Of a stretch of 64,000 nt of DNA, positions 27,873 to 41,520 are shown piece by piece; positions within the stretch are counted from its first letter, which is position 1, and each line of letters opens with the position of its first letter. The stretch is from Eledone cirrhosa (lineage: Eukaryota), in NCBI GenBank assembly GCA_964016885.1, contig OZ024745.1, positions 52,328,001 through 52,392,000 of the forward strand. The letters run 5' to 3'. A program made the translations under genes and the position numbers. The notes under the pieces were generated by a model. It ran no database searches and was not told the origin of the DNA. It was given only the letters and a program-made list of their open reading frames with translations.

Positions 27873-29637
27873 TTACTTCTCGTAGGTTTTTCCATCCTTT
27901 TCACTGCTTCTGGCCTCCTCAGGAAGGATGTCCTTATAAATCCTCCTGGAGAGTGCTTGTCGGAAGTCTCCGATGTCTTTGGGGAATTTTTGTTTTAGTG
28001 TCATGTACGTTTTCTGTGTGATGCGAGTGATTTGTATGTGTGGGGGTGGTGTGAATTTTTGAGTTGTTGTGTAGTCTTTTTCTGTGATGCTGGTGTTGTG
28101 TTGGATGTAGTGTAATAATTGCTTGTTGTTCAAATTTAATGCTGTGTAGTGTGTATCGTTTTGGTTGTTTTGTTTTGTTTGCGTTGGTTGTGGGTTTGTT
28201 TCTGTTTCGCGTTTTGGTGACTTTTGTGGTGTAGGTGATGGTTGTCTTGGGGTTAATGATGGTGATGGTGTTGGTGTTTGGGTTGATGGGGTTGGTGATG
28301 CTGGTGTGGATGGTGGCATATCTGTCCTAACTGTTTTGTTTGTTAATTTCTTTGTTTCCCTCTGTATTTTGTTTTTGGAGAAGAGAAATTTTTCTTTTTT
28401 GATTTCTTTTTTTTTTCCTGATACCGTTTCCCACTCCTCGTCGTCACAATCTGTCTCCAGTTGTGATAGGTCGGGGAGTGGAAAATCCTCCACAGGCGTT
28501 AGTTTTGGTTGTGGCGTGGTGGATGGTGTAGGCGCTGGTGCTAGTTCTGAAGCGTTGGGTGGTGGTTGTGTTGGTTTTGCTACTGTTGCTGGGGTTGTTG
28601 CTGTTATAGTTACTTCTGTTGTTGCTGCTGCAGTTGTTGCTGCCATCTCTGCTACTGGTGATGTTGATGGTTGTGTCACTGGGGTGGGTAGGAGAGGTGA
28701 CCTCAACCTTTTAGCCTGAGGGCAGAAAGCCCTTAGGTGGGTTCCTTCACCACAAACGACACACCTAGGCCTTCTGCCCTCGAGAATTACGGTGAGGTGG
28801 CTGCCGTCAGTGAGGTCTATTACCTCTGGGATCTCCTCAATGCTTTTTTGGTACGCTTGGATCAGGAGCTCCATCCCAGATCCGGACCAGTTCTCCTGCT
28901 TTTCTTTTCCATGGAGTGTTCTCTAGCCTCCTCTGGTGTTTCAAAGAACACGTCCACGGTTCCATACTTCTGCCCACGTCTGGTGTGGGTTTTTCTTGCC
29001 CACACATGTCCCAAAGCTTTTCGGATTTGGGACTCGGATGCCCGTTCCACTCGGCGCGATTTTACATTTATTGTTCGATACGATATGGTGCATAGGCGCC
29101 GATGCTCCATTTTATTAGGTGGGGGGGGGGGGCTGACCCTGTACCCATCTTTCTTTACAATTTGTTTGGCATTTTCTAAATCCTCCTGAGTTACCGTAAA
29201 TGCTTCGAACTGTTTTGCTACTCTGGCAAAACTCAGGGTGGTTTTTTTAATGTCATTGTTGTTGTTGTTGCTATCGTTATTTTTGTTATTATTAATTCTA
29301 GTTTCAGTTGTGGTGGTGGTGACGTCATTGAAAGTCGGTTTGTGAGAGTCCATTTTGGTTGAAAATATTTCGACATCACGAGTTGATTTATTTTTTCCTT
29401 TTGTTTCTGTTGTCGCGGTGGTGGTGGGGTGGTGGTGGTGGTGGTGGCGGCTTTAACACCTGCAGTCATTGGTAATGGCGGGAAATGAATGTCTGCCTGA
29501 GACAAATTTAAAATATTGCTAGTGCTTAAATTGTTTGTGTTGGAAGACGTATAATCATTTACAATTGTGGTGTCGGTGTGAGGTGTTAATTTTTGAGAAA
29601 GGCTTTCAGATGTTTGGTGCAGTGGTGAATTAGCCAT
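27873..29637 (-). pseudogene. Tx1-like ORF1 (gag-like nucleic-acid-binding protein), interrupted
   Basis: CVVCGEGTHLRAFC zinc knuckle, SFARVA motif and Pro/Thr-rich region. It has frameshifts and a ~160-bp deletion near 28908. Confidence 0.85.
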
Positions 29638-30299
29638 TTTTTTTAAAAATAAATTTTTTGATAATCATAAAAGTTTAAATTTTGGGCACAAGGCCCCAAT
29701 CTTTTTGGGTGTCCTTTTCGGAAACCAATGTATGTGCGCTTATATATAGTTAACAATAAAAATTTTCCATAAATGGCAATTTTTAATAAACGGAAATAAC
29801 AAACATTTGCGGAGCTCACGATGATACGATTTACTACGTAGGTCGCCAATAATAATAATAATAATAATAATTATAATAATAATAATAATGGAAGGCATCA
29901 AAATATATAGATAGACTCAAAAGTAAAAAGAAAAAACAAACAACAAAACCAAAGCAGCACAGCAACAACAGCAAAAAACGAGAAAAACAGAGAAAAACAA
30001 AAACAAAAAAAAACAAAAAAAAAACGTAAAGAAAATAAGAATGAAGAGAGAAGCAGGCGGACGGACAGAGAAGAGGGGGGAAAAACTAAATCTAAAAAAA
30101 CAAAAACTAAGTCAGACATTCGAACACTACATTACAATGAAACTTATGCTTATTCATTTTTGGGGCCCTTTCTGCCTGTGTGTTTGTTTGTTTATGTGTG
30201 TTCGTATACAGCGTGGTGATAATGCCACACAAGGGCCAAGTGGAACGGCGAATCCACAGATGGTTATGTAACCATACATTCGCCAATCCTCGATAAGAG

Positions 30300-32294
30300 T
30301 GTTTAAATATCGAACATAAACATTTCGAATAACGGTGAAATGGAGACTAGAACGTCATGTAACAGACTCTCACCCAACAGGTGCGCCCTGGCTCAAAGCA
30401 GGAACCTGACTGTCAACCAAATACTGCTGATGTTGGAGAAAGAAGAAGAAGGAAAGGGGCCAGAACCAATTGGACGAAAGAATTGGATAGAACTGTTATG
30501 CAATGTTACCTGAAAAGTAACCCCAAGGAGAGGGGCTACAGGAGACGGATGCATAACATCTGGAACGAGATTGGTCTATTTAAATTAGATGAACAAAAAT
30601 TGGCCGAGCAGGCTCGGGTAATAAGAATTTATGGGTGGATAAGCGAGCTGGAACTGGAGGAACTGAGCAGAGAGATTAGCTTGGAGATGGAGAGTGGAGT
30701 ATGCCAGGCAAACGAGCTAGTGGAAAATGAAGGTGAAGAGGTCGAGAGAACGGAGGAACCACCCGAAGCAGACAATGATCTGAATGCTGAGATAAATAAT
30801 ACCTGGAACAGAGATACGGCCACTGAGGAGATGAATGCTGATGGGCTAGGACAAGATTTGGTTGATATCCTAAAGTTAGTGGTAGATGAATTGAACAATG
30901 ATAGTGGGAGACCTATGAACCTAAGATTTGTAGACAGGAAAAAGTTAAAAGAAACAACAGCTAAGGTAAACAAAGTCATCCCATACCTTGAGGCGAGGAG
31001 CCTTCACCAGGGCAACAATATCCTCAAAGCAACAGCAAATACGGTTAGGAAACTACTTGGTATAAAAGCGAGAGGAAACAACAGACAAGAAAGAGCAGAT
31101 CCTTGGTGGAAGAAACGACTGAGTGGTCAAATCAGGGAAATGAGAAATGACACTGGAAAGCTTGAGTCCCTACTGAATGGGACACTAAAAAACATAGACA
31201 CTAAAAATAGACTGAAAATAAAGTACAAAACTAGGAGGAAAAAGCTAAATATTATCATAGAGGAACTGAAGCAACTCATTGTAGCAAAGAGTGCAAAAAT
31301 CAGGCGATACGAGAACAGAGTCAGCCAGTATAGACAGAACCGCATGTTCGACAACAACCAGAAGATGCTGTTTGAACAGCTTGAAGGGAAAGAAAGAGGC
31401 AACGACTTGATCCCTGAGGCGGAACAAAGTAAAACATTCTGGAGAGGAATATGGGAGCAGGATGTTAAACATAATGACCAGACAGTGTGGATTGAGACAG
31501 TACAGAAGGAGATTAGTGAACAGGCACACCAACAAACTGATTTGAGTATCACAGTTGAAACTCTTAAGGGACAGGCCAAAAATCTAACCAACTGGAAATC
31601 ACCAGGCCCAGATGGTGTGCAGGGGTATTGGATTAAAAATATAACATCCCTCCACCCGAAACTGACAACCATGTTCAATGACTGCTTGATGTCAGGTGAG
31701 GTACCAGAGTGGTTGACAAAAGGTACCACAGTTCTGATAATGAAAGAGCGAATCAAGGTTAATGATGTTACCAACTATAGACCTATCACATGTCTGTCCG
31801 TAATGTAGAAACTGTTGACAAGCATTATGTCTGAGGAAATCTACCATCACCTCCACACAAACAACTTGTTACCGGACGAACAGAAAGGATGCCGAAAGAA
31901 GTCACGTGGTACAAAGGACCAGTTACTTATTGATAAGATGGTAATGAGGAATTGCAAGAGGAGACACACTGGTCTTGCCATGGGATGGATAGACTACAAA
32001 AAGGCATTTGACATGGTGCCTCATTCTTGGATCACCAAAAGCCTGGAGATCTTCAAGGTGGCAGATAACATCAGACAGTTGTTGGGCAAAAGTATGAAGT
32101 CCTGGGAAACTAAGTTAACATCAACTGGAGAATCCTTGGGAAGCGTGAAGATCAAGAGAGGTATCTTCCAGGGAGATAGTCTGTCCCCTCTGTTGTTTGT
32201 CCTTGCCCTGATGCCCCTGACCAGTGTACTGCGAAAAGTCAGAGCAGGATACAGGTTGGGAAAGGGAGGGCTTACCATCAATCACCTCAACTAG
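30300..32294 (+). mobile_element. R4/Dong-like (RLE-type) non-LTR retrotransposon, 3'-truncated, one premature stop
   Basis: [78 protein letters not shown] and [13 protein letters not shown]. Stop at 31806-31808. It ends just before the expected YMDD. Confidence 0.85.
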
Positions 32295-32976
32295 AAGTGA
32301 AGATGGGGCGTAATACTAAAATATAAAACCAAAGACGAAAACAGAAGAAAAACCATCTAGCATCACACTAATATACAACAGAAAACAACACCTCCATAAC
32401 AAAACAAAGCAATTAAGCCCTCAAACAAGACACTAGCTTCCTCATGAACAGCAACAACAGCGATAACATTGGTGAAAACAACAGCAACATCAACAGCACT
32501 GTTATAGAAATTCTAACAAACATTTTTATTGAGATATGTTATGTAAGTAAAAAATAATTCTTTTCAAATAAAAACCTCTTCATTTGCAATATTCACATCG
32601 AATATCTCTCCCTTCTATCCCCGAACTGACATACGACATTCAGGATATCAAATTGTTTATATTAAGATACAGATTGGTAGTGTAGGCAGCACATTTATTG
32701 AACGGCATAATGGGTGGGTGTTTGTAGGCTTACCTTCGTATGTTGCGATATCAACAACAAAAACAACAAAAAGGAACGCTCAAATACGTATATAGGAGTG
32801 GGTATAAATAATTTATTAATTAATTTGCAAATCTCAATTAGATAATCCTCTGCCAATATTACTAGAATGATACGCGTCTTGATCCTACTGAATAAATATA
32901 TGAATCGCTGTTAGACAATCTAAGAGGAATAGTTCGGAATTGGATTGCTAAGATCATATGTCGTCAAAAGGGGAAA

Positions 32977-33066
32977 TTGCCTTTCATCCTTACGGGGTCG
33001 ATAAAATAAAGTACCAGTAATGCACTGGGTAATTGCTGGCCTTGTGCCTAAAGTAGAAACAATTAT
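32977..33066 (+). mobile_element. SINE 3' half
   Basis: gcctttcatccttacggggtcgataaaataaagtaccag...gccttgtgcctaaagtagaaacaattat. Confidence 0.9.
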
Positions 33067-33068
33067 TA

Positions 33069-33254
33069 TAATTGTTTCTACTTTTGGCACAAGGCCAGTA
33101 ATTACCTAGTACATTATTGGTACTTTATTTTATCGACCCCGTAAGGATGAAAGGTAAAGTTAACCTCGACGGGATTTGAACTCAGACCGTAATGGGACGT
33201 AACTATGCTAGAAAGCATGGCGTTCAACCCTCTACCGATACTGCCAATTCACCA
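33069..33254 (-). mobile_element. tRNA-derived SINE, full length, tail-to-tail with the previous copy
   Basis: Matches the SINE consensus including A and B boxes. Confidence 0.9.
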
Positions 33255-36159
33255 CTGAATTTCCGTCAGATATGTACAATGAATTAGTCAGATGTGAGAT
33301 TGCATTACCCTCCTACAAAGAATATTTGAATTGTTATAATCAGTATATCAGTTTTGAAGATTTTGTTTCATGGCAATTGAATTGAAATTTGGTATTGAAG
33401 TATACATTTCGGTTTAACAAGCCACAAGCACATGGAAGTGAAAGCTATGTGCCCAAAAGTTCACATTGTTTCAATATATTATGATATTTTATTATAGCTA
33501 AAATTGATTGCTTTTCCATTACCCTAATTCTCATGTCGCAATTACAATTTTCACATAACATATCAACTATGACCAATATAATGTTTCCAATATTTTTCGG
33601 CGCTCAGCCAAACGAGTCGATGCTTTACAAACTATAATTTTGAACAAATGTTTCCGCCTTATGGAGCAACGGCAAATACGAATTTCCAATGCTAAAAGTT
33701 TCGTTGTCTACGCCAATCAAGTAGGTAATATAGAAACGGTCAACTAGTTATTATAATAGTTGGGATTTGTAACTGGATTTAGAGTTTTTATTAATTTAAT
33801 TACGTCTAATGCTAACTTCTCTCATCTAACACCATATCTAGGTTAAGGTGTTTTCTTTATCTAGGGAGTAACATATTATGTTTACATATTAAACTGTATG
33901 CAACCTTAATTTGTTGGGTGTTATAGGAAGAGTTTATCGTAAGATTATTCATTATAATGATGCAGATAAATCGCTACATCAAATTCTGTTTTGTAAAAAA
34001 GACATCTAGTGTGTAGGATAGCACCTTTTCCCAGTGGGGGCTGAGGAAAGACCTTTCCCGGCGTAAACTAAAAAAAATAATAATGTTTTGGATATCATTG
34101 TTAATGTTGTTCATACATTTATTGGTGTTAAATCCAATAATGTCCTATTTAATTATATATTAACGCTTTATTTAGCGGAGTTTCATGTTTATTATAGTGC
34201 TGTATTATTTGAACAGGCGTAATGAAGCTTAATATCCAAACTTTCATCGAAACGAACATTGGCCTACACTGGAGACGATGATCTGTTTATTCAAATAATT
34301 ATCAGTAGTTACTTACAGTTTCTCTAGAAACAAAACCAATTATTAATATTTATAAACTTTCATTATTTATTTCATCTTCTGAATGGATTAATATACTGAA
34401 TATTGTTGATGGTTTTTTGGCATTTCAGATAATTTGAATGCGGTGATTTATGTCAAGCAGGTGTTTACATTTCTAATTAATAGTAAATAATACTTACTAA
34501 TATATTAAGCTTTTCATTTATACACAAATAAGAGAAACCCTTTTCTCCGTATATGCAGTCACACACATGTATATGCGCACATTTGCATACAAAAAAAATA
34601 TACATTCATAGATACAGGTTTTCGCTTATAGTAAGTGTGTGTATATTTGTCTTTGTGGTTGAAAATTAAACCAGTATACGATAAAGTAATAGAATGCAAT
34701 GAAGATATTTATTAGTTTAACGCTTGATATAGTAGGAGAAGTGTATTAATGTTTGAGGCGATAGAACCTCCACAGAAAATAGAAAGGGAGATAAAAGAAG
34801 AAATACAAAAACAGACGAAAAGAAGAAGTGGAAGAAAGAGAAAAGCCAAACGTTTTAGGAGAGAAAGCATGCGTGTGCGTGTGTCTGCGTGCGCGCGCAC
34901 GTGTATGTTTGTATAGGCACGTGTCTGTTTGTATAGGCATGTGTGTCTATATGTCTGTGTATTCATATTATGTTTACGAACCATTGTGCGAATTTGAATT
35001 TTGAAAGTATGTTTGCTTAGTGTATATAATGAAGCTTTGGCTATTAAATTAAGGAAAATGTAGGGGATATAAACAATTAGAAAAGCAAAATTGGATAGAA
35101 GGTCTCCTGTGAGAATATATCTTAGCCGAAGGGCTGTGTTGCCTTGCCACCAAAATAAGACATACCACTTACACATTATTTATAAGTCTTATCTGACGAC
35201 TAGATGTACAATTTCTGGCTGATGATTAATATGGCTGCAATTGGTCAGATTTTGTATGTGGTAAAGGTAATGATGTAGCCTGGCATATTTGAGATCGATG
35301 ACCACAAAAGAATCTGATCTCCTTTTTACGAGTATACGTACATATGCATACGCAAACAATCAATCACATTTAAATGAATATGTGGTTTTTATAAGTAATT
35401 TTAATTGTCGGTACATGTAAGTATGTGTACATATCTAAACACAAACTTGATAAGTATTTTTGATGTTACTAACTGTAATACTAAGTATTAAAACTACATT
35501 TTACATCTATTAATTATGGCTTGCGAGTTGTGTTTTAATCTTTCTATAATCAAAGATTCTTCAACGTTGAAAAAGAAATTTAAACGTACAGCAGAACATA
35601 TTATTTAAATAATATTTCGTGTTAATAAATACATTAATCATGTAATTAATACTTGATTTATTCATTAAATTTAAGGAATAAGTTTTGTTTCGTTTGTTGA
35701 CGAAATGTTAATTAATGTTAAGATTAAGTTAGACATTCTGCAATGAAAGATCATTCTTTAAAGGAATGTGTCAATTGCAATAGTTATACTATTCAAGAAC
35801 AATAAATGTAAAATTAGTTTGATGTCACTATAATTTATAATTATGTGTGTATGAGTGTTTGAAAACGCTCATACATAAATAAATTCACAAATATGATAAA
35901 TCACAGTTTTTATTATTTCTACATTTTATATATTGTTTATAGCCTTTTACTTTTATATACAATAGAAGTATCCTAAATTGCTACAATCAGTTATCAGTAA
36001 ATAATATTGTATATAGAAATCAAATAATACACATGCACACACACCCTCCCATCACCTAAATTGATTGTGTGTGGGTAGGTGATAGGAGGGGGTATGCAAA
36101 AACATCATGTACTTGATCAGCCTTTTCCAACTGTCTGACAGATACTGACTAAATTTCCT

Positions 36160-36915
36160 TAATCTTCTAGTGTGGACATGGATCATCGTCATAAACGATT
36201 GCGTACGGAACAATTCATGAAAGATGTGTAGGGCCTTTCGTCAGTTCTTTGCTAGGCTTTTCCGGGTTGAGATGGTAGTGGATTTCAGTCCCTACCTCGA
36301 TGACCTACAGCGTCTCACGGCAGCCGATGCTGAGCAAGGCCCAGAACTTTAGTCGAGATTCGTGATACCCTAGTCGGCTGCCTAAGTCGCAGGTCACCCG
36401 TTTTGGATGGTCTTCTCTACGAGATTTACGTGAATATCCCAGCTTGTTCTCTAATCATCTCGAAGCGCTCTCTTGCAACTGACAGCAGAACAGGAGTATT
36501 ATCAGTTCTATGAGCCTGGGCGTGGTGAGTCTTATAAGGAAAGACGAGAACAAGAGTGATGCGTTATATAATTTCAGGCCCATATTTCAGCAGTACAAAG
36601 AGTTGAAAATGTTGGCCAAGGTGTTAGTGAAGAGGTTGATGTGGATTTGATAGGGGAGGTGCAAATTTAGACAATCCTAAGCAGGCCTATACACGACAAG
36701 GTCCACCTCATTCACTACATCATAGAGACTGTAGGGTGTAAATCAGGCTTCGGTCGGACTCTGATCAATTTAGATCAATCAAAAGCTCTTTTATTGGTGT
36801 CAATCATAGATAACTGGAGGTTCTGGGCATCGATCAGTTTGTTCCGGAAGACTTTCGAATCAGTGGTTACAGATAACTATTACAAATCATTAGCTTGGCA
36901 GTGCTACCGGGGGCA
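36160..36915 (+). mobile_element. Degenerate Tx1-like ORF2 fragment
   Basis: Similar to the reverse complement of 26060-26700 (gttggccaaggtgttag, gatcaatttagatcaatcaaaagc) and 22850-22900 (tggcagtgctaccg). Confidence 0.7.
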
Positions 36916-37469
36916 CAAAATATGTGACATGAAACGATGTGTGTGTTTTCAGCGAATTCACTCTTTTTCCTCAATAGCTGTTTACATTATTTGACGGTTA
37001 GTTGGGGATTTGAATTTCTAAATATTTCGTTTGGCTAGACGAATGTTCTGAATATAAACAGTTCTTTATCATTCAAGTTGATTTACTGCACCAACTCATT
37101 TCTGTAACAACAAACGTATGGTAGATCGATATAGTATTCAATGCGTTAGGGGTTAATTTCTCCACCTAGGTTTCGACCAACACAATTTTAGCAAGATTTG
37201 AGTAAGACCTTGCATCAAAATTTATTGGATTGCAAAATAATCGTAGCACACACATAGAACCTGATGCATAATGTGATCATTACCAAATATTCTTCACGGT
37301 GTAGATACGGCCTGAATGTCAACGGAAAATGTTGGAAATTATTCTCAGGGAGATGCATTAATCTGAATAGTGCAAAACAGTCTCACAGCAAGAATATTGG
37401 ATAATAATTATATTTTCTAAATATAAATACATAAAAAAATATTTAAACACAAACACACACATATGTATA

Positions 37470-37489
37470 TATGTGTGTATGTATGCATG

Positions 37490-37531
<42 letters not shown>

Positions 37532-37563
37532 AATTCATACATACATATATATATATATATATG

Positions 37564-37605
<42 letters not shown>

Positions 37606-37609
37606 AATT

Positions 37610-37681
<72 letters not shown>

Positions 37682-37726
37682 AATTCATACATATATATAT
37701 ATATATATATATATACACATTCATAC

Positions 37727-37745
<19 letters not shown>
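37470..37745. repeat. Higher-order ~60-70-bp minisatellite derived from (TA)n
   Basis: The unit atgtatgtat(at)n acacaaattcatac repeats three times, plus a degenerate fourth. Confidence 0.85.
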
Positions 37746-37757
<12 letters not shown>

Positions 37758-37842
37758 CGTGAATATGCATGTGTGTGTACGTATGGCGGTTTTACATGCA
37801 TACATACATTCATACATACGTACAACAACCATACACACATAC

Positions 37843-37891
<49 letters not shown>

Positions 37892-39999
37892 CACGTGTAT
37901 ATATGCATTTGTGTCTACATGTACGTATTTTAGCGTCACGCGTCACTATATGTGAGTGTTTAAGTGTGTATTTATACGTCGATATTCAGATTACTTTGGC
38001 TCACTCCCATTTATAAGGTTAGAATTTATGCCAAGATACCTGTCGGCGAAACTAGATTAAATCTTTCTTTCTCTCTCTTTCAATCTTCTTCCAGTCTTTG
38101 AATATTCCTCTCGCAGTGTTTCTTTCTCCTTGGAATCTACTTCTCCCGTATGTATTTCTTTTCCATGCATTCATTCTGTCTTAGAATCCTTCCATCTCTG
38201 TCTCTTTTTAAAGTATATTTCTCGTTTAATTTTCTTTCCGTTCACTCATATCTCAAATTTGAACACCGTCCAGTGAACAGGTCTGTCAAAATCAACTGTA
38301 TTTTTCTCTGTATCTTACAGATTTCTATAAACTTTCACGTTTTAAAGTTTAAAACTTTTTGAGCTATGCGGTCCTTTGATGTAATAATCGATGCTAATGA
38401 AAGAAAATTCATACAGATATCAATTTTGAAACGACTGTTGTATGTTGCCCCTTTCATCTTTGTTTTGGAATCAGGAGTATTTCCTCCCCCTCTCTCCTTT
38501 AATGCGCTATGAAATTTAACAGCCGACTGTGAAATATATTTATTTCCGGTTCTGTTCTTGTAGTGAGGCTAATAAACATGCACCTTTCAACATTAACCTT
38601 TCAGAAATTATTCCTCTTCTGAAGAAATTCTTTTATTTGCAAATATGTATTGGAATAATCCCATTTTAGGCTGTAGTTCCGTGCATTGATTAATTCATAG
38701 AACATACTTGTTACCATGGAATGAAAAGCAGAGAAGTTGTTGCTATGATATCAGATCTATATATATTGCAAGATTGTAAATATAAATGGAATTGACATTT
38801 TGTTTTTGCATATTCTATGCATGGAAATATTCTCGTCATAATATCAACAAGATATAATGAAAATCAAGCTTATGAGACACATCATATCATATGTTTTGCT
38901 TATATCATATGAAGATGTATCAATGTTGCGGAGACATACGGATAATGGGTGAGAGTATATTATTGTCTACGCTATGCTGCTTTGCATACTAACTTCACAG
39001 AATTGGATTGCGCATCTATTTGTTCATGCCCAAATTGTTGGATAGAAATTAAGTTGCAAAAAACTTCTAAAGAAAGTAGAAAAATATTTACTCTTTCCAT
39101 CACTTGTAAGATGTGATAAGATGATGATCATTTGTAAACGAAAATTATATATAGTGAAGTACAGAAATATTGTTGTGAATCAATCGATACCGACTCTGCA
39201 TTTGTTTCTGCGTAAACAATAAAATAACCTGTTTTAACTTAGTCATTAATATACAATAATTCTACAGGGACTTTAGAAATCACAACGCGATGTGTTGTTA
39301 CTATATGTTTGTTTTAATTTCAATACGAATATGTGATTTAAGTTTAAATTTCATATAGGTAGAAACACTCATGATATCTTCAAAATTGTTAAGGACAGAA
39401 TGGCATTGATAGATAACAATAGAAGACCTGTTAAAAATAATAGGCATATGCGCTGGCACATAACCAACTGAACGTAGACTTAGAGGGGTTTTGTGTTGAT
39501 ATTTCATAAAAGTTAGTGAACTATTTTGGCCTGCTCACGCAGTGATGAGAGCAATGACAGATGTTCGAGCGAATCTTAAATAAGGTTACATCTTTCTATG
39601 AGAATTCCAATGGAAAAGGAAGGAAACATTATTGTATATTGGTGAATTGGACGAGAAAACAAGTGAGAGTCAACTAGATTTATCATTGTTTTTCATGAGC
39701 GTTAGATATTAGTACCATGTATGTGCATTTTATATCTGTTGTAGCTATGAAGGTATAGCTTGAGATATGATGTATTTAATTAAACATCTGCGCTATCACC
39801 CCTAAACATTTGATAGCCATATATACATATAACTATCGGAACAAATATATTTTTGTATGTTTTATGATTTGTATGATGGTGAATTTCAGTCAACTATATT
39901 CACGTTGTGATTTGATAAGGGGAAATAAATGATGCCTGTAAACACATTTAGAGAATGGATTGAAAGCTCAATGGCCACGTTGTAATTAGTCCACTTTTA

Positions 40000-41520
40000 A
40001 TTATTTTGCATACTTTTATGTTTATGAAATTTTGAGGTTTTTCGACAGTACCATTGAAAACTGTGCGAACTTCAGAATTTATATGTGGCTTTTGGTGAGT
40101 CCTTCAGCATTTGTATATGAAATGTTTCCTTTTGATTTTCTGGTATGCTGATGATCATTGAATACTTTGTGTGGCTTGATCAACTATAGTTTTGCAGTTT
40201 TAGTGAGTAGGAATGTCAATATATGCTCATATCGCTGGTGTGTAGTTATTTCATCTGAAATCTTTATTGTGACATGATATGTTTTGTCAAGTCTCGTTAG
40301 ATATGATGATGAGTTTTACGTATGTACTGTAATATAACTATTCTTCCAGTTTATTTTGAATGCTAATATTTGGCAATTTGGTTGCTGTATATGTTTTATT
40401 TTCTTTATTTCCTTGTCTAGACTCTTAATACAGAATTTTATTCATGGCATATCTGGTGTTGGAGGGTGGTGTTTGAGGTTGTATAATTGTCTTGTTTTAT
40501 CGCAATGGTAATTTTAATAATGTAATTCGGGTTGTATATGTTAATATTTTTTCATTCTTTTTTTATTTGAAGCGTCTGAAAATATTCTATTGGCTATTTG
40601 TACATCATTGTATTACCTGGGGATTAGAAAATAATTTACTGGAAATGTATTTCTGATTTATATTTATAGTGGTTGAAGTTGTTTGTGGATGCAAAATGTT
40701 AAGTATGTTATACTGTCTGCCCTAGTTAGGCGTTCCAGCTTTATTATTTCTGTAGTTTGGAATTGGACTTCTTTGGAAGTAAATGATCTTTGATACATAA
40801 ATATGTCATGCGTGTCGTGATGAAAACATTTAGTTACATAATTATTTTTATATGTTTTGGTGTTGCATTTAACTCTGCTTTTTTAGACTATATTTTGTAG
40901 ACTATATATTAGCTTTTCTCATTATGAAAGGTGTCATTATTATAGGGAGACGGGATAATTGCAGATAATTGGATATTACGAAAGAAGTACCGATAAGTGG
41001 GATCTGGTGGAAATAGAACTACTTCATTTCTATATATATGAATTTAGAAAGACACTAATCAATTTTCTGATAGGTGATATCAATGTTGATATCAATGTCA
41101 GTGATCATCACATGAACTGTTTCTTCTAGTCTTTTCAACATATGTCGGGGCTTTGTGTATCTATGTTTTGGAAATATTTATCAAACATTTTCCTACAGTC
41201 CTCTACTTACATCTGAGAATATTAACAGATACTATTAGCCATACTCAATTTCTTATACCACACGTTCATATGGCGTAAATCAGACACAGCATCATATCAA
41301 ATAATCTATTTTATTCAAAATTTGGTTGGCAAAGTAAAGGTTTCGAGGTCAGCAAATTGCCATAATATATGCGTATTAAGATTTGACGCCGACTCCAACA
41401 TTTAGTTATACAATATTTGCAATATTTTACGTACAAGAAATGTTCAATTACCCAGTGTGGACATAATTTACGTAATGGTAGTCCAACTGTTGGCAAATTA
41501 CATGATCGTAATTTAGAATT
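40000..41520 (-). mobile_element. Highly degenerate PLE remnants (probable RT and GIY-YIG)
   Basis: Minus-strand fragments resemble the PLE C-terminus (gccatgaataaaattc, similar to RHENKF) and the RT region. No long ORF remains. Confidence 0.35.

Larger units (their letters stand above)
22139..29847 (-). mobile_element. Tx1/L1-clade non-LTR retrotransposon, composite of two partial copies, inside (AAT)n
   Basis: It has an ORF1 with a CCHC knuckle, an APE and an RT (YADD). AATAAA lies near the 3' end. (AAT)n lies at 22109-22138 and 29848-29889. Confidence 0.92.

Noticed and set aside
28165-28719. 184-aa Val/Gly-rich plus-strand ORF and other antisense ORFs over the LINEs
   Set aside because: They are antisense shadows of the Pro/Thr-rich ORF1 and of ORF2.
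30160-30260. HDV-like ribozyme candidate upstream of the R4/Dong-like ORF (ggccctt/aagggcc pairing, ggcgaatccac)
   Set aside because: There is no canonical L3 (UCCNCGY) or P1.1, and simple hairpins explain the pairing equally well.
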